Notes under the pieces: model-generated | The model's input: only the letters and a program-made list of their open reading frames with translations | Told to the model about the DNA's origin: nothing | Databases searched by the model: none | In this document: one piece after another, positions 38,274-46,325 of the stretch | Layout of the letters: every line of letters starts with the position of its first letter | How positions within the stretch are numbered: position 1 is the first letter of the stretch | Translations under genes and position numbers: made by a program | Assembly: GCA_043806595.1 (NCBI GenBank) | Contig: JAZDGU010000051.1 | Location: forward strand, 1-54,814 | Length of the DNA stretch: 54,814 bases | Origin: Candidatus Micrarchaeota archaeon | Lineage (GTDB): Archaea > Micrarchaeota > Micrarchaeia > Norongarragalinales > SBBD01 | Direction: 5' to 3'

Positions 38274-39752
38274 ATGGAAGAGGAGCTTCCCTACGGTCCG
38301 TGGAAGAAGATTTTGGCCGCGAACTGGAACGGCTACCCGCTGCAGGTCTACGAGAACACCGACCGCCTGCTCCTCATGCTGCTCTTCGAGAAGAAGGGCG
38401 ACGAGGTCTCCGGGGTGCTCGTCCTCGAACGGCGGGGGTACATGATAGAGGGGAGCATCGGCGGCACGTCAATAGCGCAGAGGGACATGGTCGTCATCGA
38501 GAAGAGGTCGAAGGACGGGGCCTTCAAGTACGCAATCATCGACTCCACGCCGGGGTTCGTGCCGTATTCCGCAGAGGATCTCGCCAACGAGGTGACGAAG
38601 CAGTACGGCGAGCTGGAGTCCATCGGCAGGGTGCTCAAGAAGACGGTTGCAGACTTCTCCGGCGCCAAGCTTATCGAGCTGAAGAAGGCGACCGAGAGGG
38701 AGGCCGAAGGCCTGATGGGCGACCCGCTGCTGCTGCTCTCTCTCGCCGGGCACGGCGGAGGCGGGGTTCGCGAGACCGCCGGCGCGAAGGTGATAATCGG
38801 CCTCACCGCGGGCAAGGAGCATTACGAGATTCCGCTGGACAAGCTGCGCTCGGTCGGCATCGCCGGGGGCTCCAAGGAGAAGCGCCTGCACGCGCTGCAC
38901 GTCGCCGTCGAGGGCGCGCTCGAGAACAACGTGCCGTGCCTGCTCTTCGACACCGTCAACGCCTTCACGGGCCTCGGGCTTCCCAACCGCGACAGCGCCG
39001 ACTACAAGGGCTACGGGATGGAGGGCGCGATGGGCTTCCCCCTCAAGGCCTACGAGCTCGGCAAGGGGCTGTTCATCGACCTCGAGCTCATCGAGTCGGA
39101 CATGTTCCTCTCCGCGTTCAAGGTCGAGCATTCCGACGTGGCAAGGGCGATAAAGAAGGTGTACGACGAGAAGCACGGCCGCATCTCCTTCCTCGGAGAC
39201 CTCGTCTCCGAGCTCAACGCCCTGCCCGAGTCCCCCGATTACCCGAGGTTCGTCACGAACAAGGCGATACGAGTGCTCGAGACGATACAGAAGCTCAACC
39301 CCTCGCTCTTCGCCAAGAACATTTCCGACGAGCTGTCCGAGCCGTGGAAGGACGGCGTGGGCAAGGTGGTGCACGTGGGCCTCGCGGGGCAGAGGCCGGA
39401 GATCCAGCAGCTCGTCATCTATTCGCTGCTCAAGGCGCTGCTGCGGCCGTCGCTCTCCGGGTTCACGGTGATGGTGGCCTTCGAGCCCGACGCCGGCCAG
39501 CTGGACGCGGAGGCGGGGAAGCTCCTGCAGATGCTCTACCGGCAGGGCAAGGGGTTCGTGCTTGAGGCCGAGCACGAGATAGACCTTTCGCGGCTTGCGG
39601 ACCCCCAGCTCATGATAGAGATCATCGGGAGCGACGCGGTGCTGACGGACAAGGAGGAGAAGAGCAAGAAGCGTGTCACCCTCCGGCCGGCCTACTCCCA
39701 CTGCTCGGAATACGCCGCCGTGCCGATGAAGAAGGACGAGAAGAAGCGATAG
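38274..39752 (+). CDS. HerA/FtsK-like P-loop protein with degenerate Walker A
   Basis: IIGL..YEIPL..SVGIAGGSKEKRLHALHVAVEGALENNVPCLLFD resembles the HerA N-terminal layout but lacks GKS/T. Confidence 0.6.
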   Translation: MEEELPYGPWKKILAANWNGYPLQVYENTDRLLLMLLFEKKGDEVSGVLVLERRGYMIEGSIGGTSIAQRDMVVIEKRSKDGAFKYAIIDSTPGFVPYSAEDLANEVTKQYGELESIGRVLKKTVADFSGAKLIELKKATEREAEGLMGDPLLLLSLAGHGGGGVRETAGAKVIIGLTAGKEHYEIPLDKLRSVGIAGGSKEKRLHALHVAVEGALENNVPCLLFDTVNAFTGLGLPNRDSADYKGYGMEGAMGFPLKAYELGKGLFIDLELIESDMFLSAFKVEHSDVARAIKKVYDEKHGRISFLGDLVSELNALPESPDYPRFVTNKAIRVLETIQKLNPSLFAKNISDELSEPWKDGVGKVVHVGLAGQRPEIQQLVIYSLLKALLRPSLSGFTVMVAFEPDAGQLDAEAGKLLQMLYRQGKGFVLEAEHEIDLSRLADPQLMIEIIGSDAVLTDKEEKSKKRVTLRPAYSHCSEYAAVPMKKDEKKR

Positions 39753-39780
39753 CCTCAGCCGTCCCTTCCCGCCAATCTTC

Positions 39781-39954
39781 TAATTACCCGAAGCCTACGG
39801 CTCCGGATTGAAAGAAAAAGAAATAGCGGGGGGTGGAATTGACACCCTGGGGCAACCTACGGTTTCCCCGCGCGTGTCGCCGCCCCCTTCCCTAATCACC
39901 CGAAGCCTACGGCTCTGGATTGAAAGAAAAAGAAATAGCGGGGGGTGGATTTGA
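39781..39954. repeat. 62-nt direct repeat (59/62 identical) containing the tRNA 3' end
   Basis: 39781-39842 vs 39893-39954, offset 112 nt. Confidence 0.92.
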
Positions 39955-40010
39955 ACCACCGGTCTCCGGGTTATGAGCCCAGCGGGCACTCCTGGCTACC
40001 CTACCCCGCT
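39936..40010 (-). tRNA. Initiator tRNA-Met (CAT)
   Basis: AGCGGGG..CTGGG-CTCATAA-CCCGG..GGTGG-TTCAAAT-CCACC-CCCCGCT-A; A1-U72 pair and three G-C pairs closing the anticodon stem; no encoded CCA. Confidence 0.95.
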
Positions 40011-40102
40011 ATAAGCAGAACGTAATCAGGAGTAGAATTGTTACGCCGACGCGGGTTTATATTACATTCGACGGGGGCATCCGAAAAAAGAGACGGAAGC
40101 AG

Positions 40103-40651
40103 TCACGCCCTCGCGGGGTCCATGAGCGAGCGGCGCTCCAAAAGCTTTTCCACGGCGCCGAGCTGCTGTTCGATGCGCTTGAGCTCGGTCTCGTTGTCGA
40201 CGCACTTGAGGTCGCTCTTGCAGTCGACGCAGCGGAACTTCTGCTCGAAGGCGTACTCGAAGGACAGGCGGTTGCATCCCTTGCGGCAGCGGTAGAACAC
40301 GCAGCCCTCCTCGCTCGCGAGCTCGTTCTTGAGCTTCTCGTACTCGCGCCTCTTGATGAGGAGGAAGTTCTGCATCGCGCGGTCGCCGTTGAGCCGCCAC
40401 GTGTAGGTGAACCAGCCGTTCTGCATGTTCTTCTCGCGCGTGTACTCGACGAACCCGTAGGAGTGGAGGTGGTTGAGGATGCTGCGGATTTCCGCGAGCT
40501 TGAGGCTCGTCTTTTCCCCGATAATCTCGTCGGTGGCGCCCTCGCCCACGGAGTTGAAGACAAGAAGGCCGTTCTCGCCGATGCTGTCCTCGACGAACAG
40601 CTGGAGATGCCGGATATAGTGGACCCCGTCGCCCCTTGCTCCCCGTGGCAT
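40103..40651 (-). CDS. tfe: Transcription factor E alpha
   Basis: ATDEII..IRSILNHL..VEYTREK..GWFTYTW; zinc ribbon FYRC..C..FRC..C; TATATAT upstream. Confidence 0.92.
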   Translation of the reverse strand: MPRGARGDGVHYIRHLQLFVEDSIGENGLLVFNSVGEGATDEIIGEKTSLKLAEIRSILNHLHSYGFVEYTREKNMQNGWFTYTWRLNGDRAMQNFLLIKRREYEKLKNELASEEGCVFYRCRKGCNRLSFEYAFEQKFRCVDCKSDLKCVDNETELKRIEQQLGAVEKLLERRSLMDPARA

Positions 40652-40712
40652 GCACAAATGCATGCATGGAAAATATATATATCTATCGAGTGGCGCGACG
40701 GCGGAAAAAAAT

Positions 40713-42089
40713 TCAATCGACCGCGTAAATTTGCGCCCAGCCGGCGTCGAATTCGCGGGCAACTTCCGGAGAACGCTGCGCGTAAGCGCGGAACGGCAGC
40801 GTTCCGCCGGAGAGCTCGTCCATTTTTCCGTCGGCGAAAACATAGCGCACGCCGGAACCGGCGATCGAACCGACGGCGGCGCGGGAAGGCGACTGGAAGA
40901 GTAGCGTCGCGCGTTGCTGCCTTGCATCGAGGTCGGGCGCGAACTCGAAGTAGCCGTCCATGTATGCCGGAACGCCGCTGTAAGTCAGGAGGTGGCCCTT
41001 GTCCCAGAACGATGCGGCCGCCCGCCCTCCGCCGTTTTCGCCAAGCCATTGCGCCGCGGAGAGGGTCTGCGGCCGGTATTGCGGCCCGAGGTCGGATAGG
41101 AAGGAAAACGCGGCGAGCGAGAGGCCGAGGGCGAAGAGGGAAAGCACGGCGGGGCGGGCGAAGCCTTTCGACAGCGCCGACTGCAGCCCGGCAGCGGCGA
41201 GGACGCTTGCGGGCGCGACGGCGAACACCGAGGCCCGCGAGGCAAGCAGCATGAGCGCCGACGAGCCGGCGAGCCACAGCCAGAGCAGGCGCGACGCGAC
41301 CGAGGGGGAACGGCGAAGCGCGGCGAATGCGACGAACAGCCACGCGATGCCGAACGCGAGCAGCGCGAACTCGAAGTTGTACGGCTGCATCTCCGAGCTG
41401 GTGAGGAATGTGCCGGCCGACCGCAGCTGGGCAAGAGGAAAACGCAGGTAGTAGGCCGCGCCGGCGAGCAGGGGGATGCCAAACCATGCGGCGGGCCGGA
41501 GCTGCATCCTGTTGAAGGACAAGTCGGCGAGGAATTTCGCCGCTACGACGCCGCAGGCGAACAGCGCGGTCAGGGGGTGCAGCAGGGGCAGGAGGAATCC
41601 TAGCAGGGCCAGCGGCGCCCTGCGGCCCTCGAGCAGCGAGATCGCGAGAAGGGGAAGAAGCAGGATGGAGAGGGCATCCGGCCGGGCGACCCCCGACGAC
41701 CTTATTACGGCGGCGGGGAGGAGGGCGGCGAAGGCGAGCGCATAAACCCCGGCGTCCTTTCCGAACGCCTTCCTCGCGAGCAGGGAAATCGAGAGCACGC
41801 CGGCAAGCGCCGTCAGCATGGATATAGCGGCGTAGGCGTGGAATGCTGACATGCCCGTGAGGAACGCCGGAATGGAAATCAGGATGTGGAAAAGCGGATA
41901 GTAAGTGTGCGGCCTGCCGAGGTAGGACAAGGAATCGTATGAGGGGAACGCATTGGCCGAAATTATTGTCTCGGCGATGCGCAGATGGTAGTAGTGGTCG
42001 GGATCGGTGAACGAGGGCAGCGCAAGCGGGGCGGCGCGCAGGCAGAGCGCCGCGAGCAGCGCCAGGAGTATGGTCGTGCGCCGGTTCAT
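40713..42089 (-). CDS. Short AglB/STT3-like (GT-C) glycosyltransferase
   Basis: DPDHYYH, multiple TM helices, RPD, SSEMQP, FWDKGH (WWDYG-like). Confidence 0.7.
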   Translation of the reverse strand: MNRRTTILLALLAALCLRAAPLALPSFTDPDHYYHLRIAETIISANAFPSYDSLSYLGRPHTYYPLFHILISIPAFLTGMSAFHAYAAISMLTALAGVLSISLLARKAFGKDAGVYALAFAALLPAAVIRSSGVARPDALSILLLPLLAISLLEGRRAPLALLGFLLPLLHPLTALFACGVVAAKFLADLSFNRMQLRPAAWFGIPLLAGAAYYLRFPLAQLRSAGTFLTSSEMQPYNFEFALLAFGIAWLFVAFAALRRSPSVASRLLWLWLAGSSALMLLASRASVFAVAPASVLAAAGLQSALSKGFARPAVLSLFALGLSLAAFSFLSDLGPQYRPQTLSAAQWLGENGGGRAAASFWDKGHLLTYSGVPAYMDGYFEFAPDLDARQQRATLLFQSPSRAAVGSIAGSGVRYVFADGKMDELSGGTLPFRAYAQRSPEVAREFDAGWAQIYAVD

Positions 42090-42529
42090 GGGAGGAACTC
42101 CACGGTCTGGCTCTCCGCGAGGAGGTCGCCGAGCGCATACTTCTCGAGCGCGGCCCTGCCGTAGCCGTACTCGCCGGCGAGAGACTGTAAAGCTTTTTCG
42201 CCGCAGGCGAACGTCCCGACGGACCCAAACCGCGCGGCGCCGACTTTGCGGGGCGAGAGGAGGGCTACCACGGCCCCGCGGGGCCTGCAGAAGGCTATGG
42301 CCTTCGAGTGGCTGGGGGTGCACGCGAGCCTGCAGAGCCATTCGACCTCGAACCTGCCAGCAGTGTTGCCGCCGCGACGGAAGGCTTTAATAGCTTGGGA
42401 GTGAGAATAGTCGAGGAATCTCTTGAGGCAGGCCAACTCCGGCCTGACCGCGAGCGTGCCCCGCGGAAGTCGCGCAAGCAGCTCGTGAAACGGCAGAGAC
42501 GGCTTCAGGAAAGCGGTTTTTATTGCCAT
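42086..42529 (-). CDS. cgi121: KEOPS subunit Cgi121-like protein
   Basis: AIKAFRRGGNTAGRFEVEWLCRLACT..SKAI resembles the Cgi121 core; size fits. Confidence 0.55.
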   Translation of the reverse strand: MAIKTAFLKPSLPFHELLARLPRGTLAVRPELACLKRFLDYSHSQAIKAFRRGGNTAGRFEVEWLCRLACTPSHSKAIAFCRPRGAVVALLSPRKVGAARFGSVGTFACGEKALQSLAGEYGYGRAALEKYALGDLLAESQTVEFLP

Positions 42530-42572
42530 TGTTCTCCAGAACGCTGGCAATGTTTTAAAGTGATCGGGGGAT

Positions 42573-42962
42573 ATGACGCAATACCACCACGGCTTGAGCA
42601 CGAAGAACACGGGCAGCGGCGCCAAGCGCAGGGCGGCGAGGGACAAGACGCTCGCCAACTACGGAGGGTTCGCCATAAGGCCGAAGCTGGAAAAGGAAGG
42701 GGGCGAGGAGCGCGAGACCACGCGCGGCAAGGGCGCGTTCGTCAAGGTGCGCGTGAGGAAGGCAGTTTACGCCAACGTCGTGCAGAAGGACGGCAGCATC
42801 AGGAAGGCCAAGATCACCAACGTCGTACTGAGCCCGGCGAACCGGCATTTCGCCCGCGAGAACCTCGTGACCAAAGGGACCATCGTGGAGACCGAACTCG
42901 GGAAGGCGCGTATCACGAGCAGGCCCTCGCAGCACGGCGTCGTCAACGCCGTCCTAGTCTAG
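42573..42962 (+). CDS. rps8e: 30S ribosomal protein S8e
   Basis: YANV, SPANRHFARENLVTKGTIVETELGKARITSRPSQHGVVNAV. Confidence 0.96.
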   Translation: MTQYHHGLSTKNTGSGAKRRAARDKTLANYGGFAIRPKLEKEGGEERETTRGKGAFVKVRVRKAVYANVVQKDGSIRKAKITNVVLSPANRHFARENLVTKGTIVETELGKARITSRPSQHGVVNAVLV

Positions 42963-42964
42963 AA

Positions 42965-43171
42965 TCAGCGCTGCAGAAGCCTGCGCCTCACTCGGTCTGG
43001 GAAATCTTCGGGATACTTCAAGCCCTCGGGCCTCGATGGGAGGATTCCCTTGTTGCGCTCTAGAATCCGCACCACGTCGTCCACGCGGTCGGGCCGGCGC
43101 TTTGCGCGGATGAAATCCCTACCTTCGACGGGAGCCTTGACACCGGGCCTGCGGCTTTGTTGTTCGGGCAT
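42965..43171 (-). CDS. Small Arg-rich orphan (68 aa)
   Basis: Strong SD GGAGGTGG before ATG 43171; TTTAAAT upstream. Confidence 0.6.
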   Translation of the reverse strand: MPEQQSRRPGVKAPVEGRDFIRAKRRPDRVDDVVRILERNKGILPSRPEGLKYPEDFPDRVRRRLLQR

Positions 43172-43366
43172 GGGAGCCACCTCCGTTTCAATGGAATAAA
43201 CCTGCGCAAGGGAGGGGTTAACCGGCAGATTTAAATACGAGTTTGCGCAAAGTTTATATACTTTTCTGATTGGCGCGGGCGTTCAAATTCCTATTTAGGG
43301 GGTACCAAGCGGTTTCCATTGCGGGGACGTTGGTTCGTGCCTGTGCCATGCGAGCCGGTGCGGCAC

Positions 43367-43582
43367 ATGGATTTCAAGGTATTGAGGCAGACGCCGAGCG
43401 GCAACCTGCTGCTCGAGGGCGGCGAGCCGTGCGGAGTGAGCGGCATGGACGTGTTCTCCGCGGGAAAGAAGGTGGCGCGCGTGTTCGATACCATCGGGAA
43501 AGTGGAGGCCCCGCTCTATCTGGCAAGGCCGGAGGGGGAAGGCAGGCCGCTGGTCGGAAGGAAGGTCTCGAGCGTCCGCTGA
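43367..43582 (+). CDS. gar1: H/ACA RNP subunit Gar1
   Basis: KVARVFDTIGKVEAPLYLARP; conserved position just upstream of tfb. Confidence 0.75.
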   Translation: MDFKVLRQTPSGNLLLEGGEPCGVSGMDVFSAGKKVARVFDTIGKVEAPLYLARPEGEGRPLVGRKVSSVR

Positions 43583-43616
43583 AAAAAGATCATAGAACAT
43601 TGAGGTGCGATGGAAA

Positions 43617-44516
43617 ATGCAATGCCCGGAATGCAAGAGCGACAAGCTTAGGAAGGACTCCGGACGCGGCGAGCTGGTCTGCAGCAACTGCGGCTTGGTC
43701 ATAGAAGAGAACATCGTCCAGGAGGGGCCCGAATGGAGGGCCTTCGACGCGGAGCAGAGGGCCAGCCGCGCAAGGACTGGCGCGCCGCTGAAGTACATGA
43801 GCCCGAACAAGGGCCTCGTGACGGAGATCGACCAGTACAACAGGGACATCCGCGGCGGCAAGATCGCGCCGAGCCAGCAGGCCCAGCTCTACAGGATGCG
43901 CAAGTGGCACAAGCGCGCGAGCATCAGCAACAGCATCGAGAGGAATCTGGCGATTGCACTGACCGAACTGAACAGGGTGGCCTCCCATTTGGGTTTGGAG
44001 GAGAGCATCCGCGAGAGTTCCGCGCTCCTCTACCGCAAGTGCGTCGAGAAGGGGCTGATCCGCGGCAGGCAGATAGAGTCCGTGGTTTCGGCTGTAATCT
44101 ACGCCATCTGCAGGCAGTACGGCATCCCGCGCACGCTGGACGAGATCGCAGCGGTCGCCGAGATCCCGAAGAAGGAGATCGGCAGGACTTACAGGCTCAT
44201 CACGCAGGAGCTCGAGCTCAAGGTGCCGCTGACCAACCCGCGCTTCTACATCAGCAGGTTCGTCACGGCGCTGCGGCTTTCCGGGGAGACGCAGCAGAAG
44301 GCGAACGACATCCTCGCGCAGAGCCTCAAGAAGGGCCTCATCAGCGGGAGGGGGCCGATGGGGGTCGCGGCAGCGGCGGTGTACATCGCGAGCGTCGCGA
44401 CGGGAGAGCGCAGGACGCAGAAGGAGGTCGCCGACGTCGCAGGGGTTACTGAAGTGACCATCCGCAACCGCTACCGCGAGCTCAAGAAGGCGCTCGACCT
44501 CGACATCGCAATCTGA
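43617..44516 (+). CDS. tfb: Transcription initiation factor B
   Basis: CPEC..VCSNCG, GPEWRAF, two cyclin repeats, GVTEVTIRNRYREL. Confidence 0.97.
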   Translation: MQCPECKSDKLRKDSGRGELVCSNCGLVIEENIVQEGPEWRAFDAEQRASRARTGAPLKYMSPNKGLVTEIDQYNRDIRGGKIAPSQQAQLYRMRKWHKRASISNSIERNLAIALTELNRVASHLGLEESIRESSALLYRKCVEKGLIRGRQIESVVSAVIYAICRQYGIPRTLDEIAAVAEIPKKEIGRTYRLITQELELKVPLTNPRFYISRFVTALRLSGETQQKANDILAQSLKKGLISGRGPMGVAAAAVYIASVATGERRTQKEVADVAGVTEVTIRNRYRELKKALDLDIAI

Positions 44517-44521
44517 AGGGC

Positions 44522-44857
44522 TCAACCCGGAGGGCGTTTCGCCTTCAGGACCCCGAAAAGTAGGACCATCTGCACGAAGCTCACCGCATGGTCCGCCTGT
44601 TCCGGGGAATAATGGACCACCACGTGCTGGCCTTCTAGGAGAAGCCTCGGCGGGGAGGCGTGCGTCCAACTGACCGACCTCAGGCCCTCCGGCGAGCCAA
44701 ACGCGCGCTCGAGGAAGGAATGCAGCCGCACGAGGCGGTCCCTGTTGGCCCGCGGGAGATTCCCGGACTGTGAAGGAATGAAGAACCGCACCTCGCGCAA
44801 GTCCCGGTCCAGGTGGACCTTGATCTTATTGCGGGAGATGGTCTCTAGCTCGTGCAT
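44522..44857 (-). CDS. Orphan hypothetical protein (111 aa)
   Basis: ATG 44857 about 25 nt from an AT-rich box shared with the divergent CYTH gene. Confidence 0.55.
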   Translation of the reverse strand: MHELETISRNKIKVHLDRDLREVRFFIPSQSGNLPRANRDRLVRLHSFLERAFGSPEGLRSVSWTHASPPRLLLEGQHVVVHYSPEQADHAVSFVQMVLLFGVLKAKRPPG

Positions 44858-44907
44858 GGTAGTATGCGGTGCGACGATTTTATTAAACCCCGGGGAGTGT
44901 TTCAACC

Positions 44908-45480
44908 ATGGCGCTGGAAATCGAGGCCAAGGCGAGGGTGCGCGACCTGCACGGCCTGAGGACGCTCGTGGAAGCCTTTGCACCCTACAGGCGCACGGTC
45001 AAGCAGACGGACTCCATCCTGGACTACGCGGACGGCAGGCTGAAAAGGCGGGGAAAGGTCATGCGAGTGCGCGAGGAGGAGGTCCTCCACGGAGAGGGCG
45101 CAGGGGAGAAGAGGACGGTGATCACGCTCAAGGGAAAGCGCCGGGACGCGGGGTCGGCGGTCAAGCGGCGCGAGGAGACGGAGGAGGAGGCGCTTTCCGG
45201 GATGCACGATGTCTTGGAGGCCGCCGGGGAACTGGGGCTGCGGCCGGTGCTCGCATACGAGAAGATCCGCGAGGACTACGACGCACGCGACGGCGGCATA
45301 AAAATCTGTATTGACTCCTTCCCCCGGCACAAGGAGCTCGGGCACTTCATCGAGATCGAGGCGAAAAGCGGCAAGGAGGTCAGGCGCGTCATGGCCGAGC
45401 TCGGCATCGAAGATAGGGATGCGGTAAGGCAGACGTACCCGGAAATCATCGGCAAGCTGGAGAAGGCCGGACGTCAGTAG
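44908..45480 (+). CDS. CYTH-domain protein (class IV adenylate cyclase/triphosphatase family)
   Basis: EIEAK (ExExK), RVR, ITLKG, REETE, EKIRE, LGHFIEIE. Confidence 0.88.
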   Translation: MALEIEAKARVRDLHGLRTLVEAFAPYRRTVKQTDSILDYADGRLKRRGKVMRVREEEVLHGEGAGEKRTVITLKGKRRDAGSAVKRREETEEEALSGMHDVLEAAGELGLRPVLAYEKIREDYDARDGGIKICIDSFPRHKELGHFIEIEAKSGKEVRRVMAELGIEDRDAVRQTYPEIIGKLEKAGRQ

Positions 45481-46310
45481 AAGAGCTTGCGGCGGAGGCG
45501 CTTCATGAAGTCCTGCTCCAGCACTTCCACGAACCTCGCCCTGCTCTTGGAGAGGGAGATTTCGGCGTGAGAGAAAGGCAGGCCCTCGAAGCCGTCGACG
45601 GACAGCAAAGCCTTGCGCTCGATCGGCTCCAGGCAGATGGCTTCGCCAGCGGAGAACACGATGGAGCGCAGGAGCGGGTTGAGAGGAGCTACGGGCGTCG
45701 CGACGAGGCATTCCAATTGCGGGGAGACTATGGGCCCGCCGGCGGAGAATGAATGCGCCGTGGAGCCCGTGGGCGTGGCGAAGACTATGCCGTTCGCGTA
45801 GAATATCTCGTCGAAGAAGCCCGATGAAACCCTGAAGTTCACCGGCCGCCACGGCTTCGCGCCGAAGGCGTAGGCATCGTTGAGCGCCTCGTGGGTCCTG
45901 CCGGCGATCTTGACCGCCATCTTGGGGAACTCCGCAACGCGGAACCTGCCGGCTAGGAAAAGGTCAAGGCCCTTCTCGAAGTCCTCGTTCAGCTGGGAGA
46001 GGAAGCCGACGTTGCCCGTGTTGACCAGCAGCTTGGGCACGCCCGGGTAGTCCCTCTCGGACTTGAGGAGCGCGCCGTCGCCGCCGACGACGATTATGCA
46101 GTCGGCTTTCGGGGAAGACGGAGAGAATTTGCCGGGCCTGGTCTTGCATGCGACCATCTTCGCCGTGGAAGCCTCTACAAGATAGCCCAGCAAAGTGCCG
46201 CGGAGAACCTTGGAATCTAGGTATGCCGCCACCCTCGACCCGACGGCGCGCGACTTGTCGTTGTCCTTGCAGAGAAGGCCGATGCGTCCAAACGCGCGTT
46301 TCATGGCCAA
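45474..46310 (-). CDS. nadK: NAD kinase
   Basis: GGDGALL, GNVGFL, ALND, ATPTGSTAHSFSAGGP. Confidence 0.92.
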   Translation of the reverse strand: MAMKRAFGRIGLLCKDNDKSRAVGSRVAAYLDSKVLRGTLLGYLVEASTAKMVACKTRPGKFSPSSPKADCIIVVGGDGALLKSERDYPGVPKLLVNTGNVGFLSQLNEDFEKGLDLFLAGRFRVAEFPKMAVKIAGRTHEALNDAYAFGAKPWRPVNFRVSSGFFDEIFYANGIVFATPTGSTAHSFSAGGPIVSPQLECLVATPVAPLNPLLRSIVFSAGEAICLEPIERKALLSVDGFEGLPFSHAEISLSKSRARFVEVLEQDFMKRLRRKLFY

Positions 46311-46325
46311 GGGGAAGTCACCGGC

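Noticed and set aside
39781..39954. CRISPR mini-array
   Set aside because: Only two 62-nt copies, derived from the tRNA 3' end, and no cas genes.
43272..43348. tRNA gene (GTTCAAAT, acceptor-like stem, ends ..GCCA)
   Set aside because: The T-loop-like motif is near the 5' end and there is no cloverleaf.
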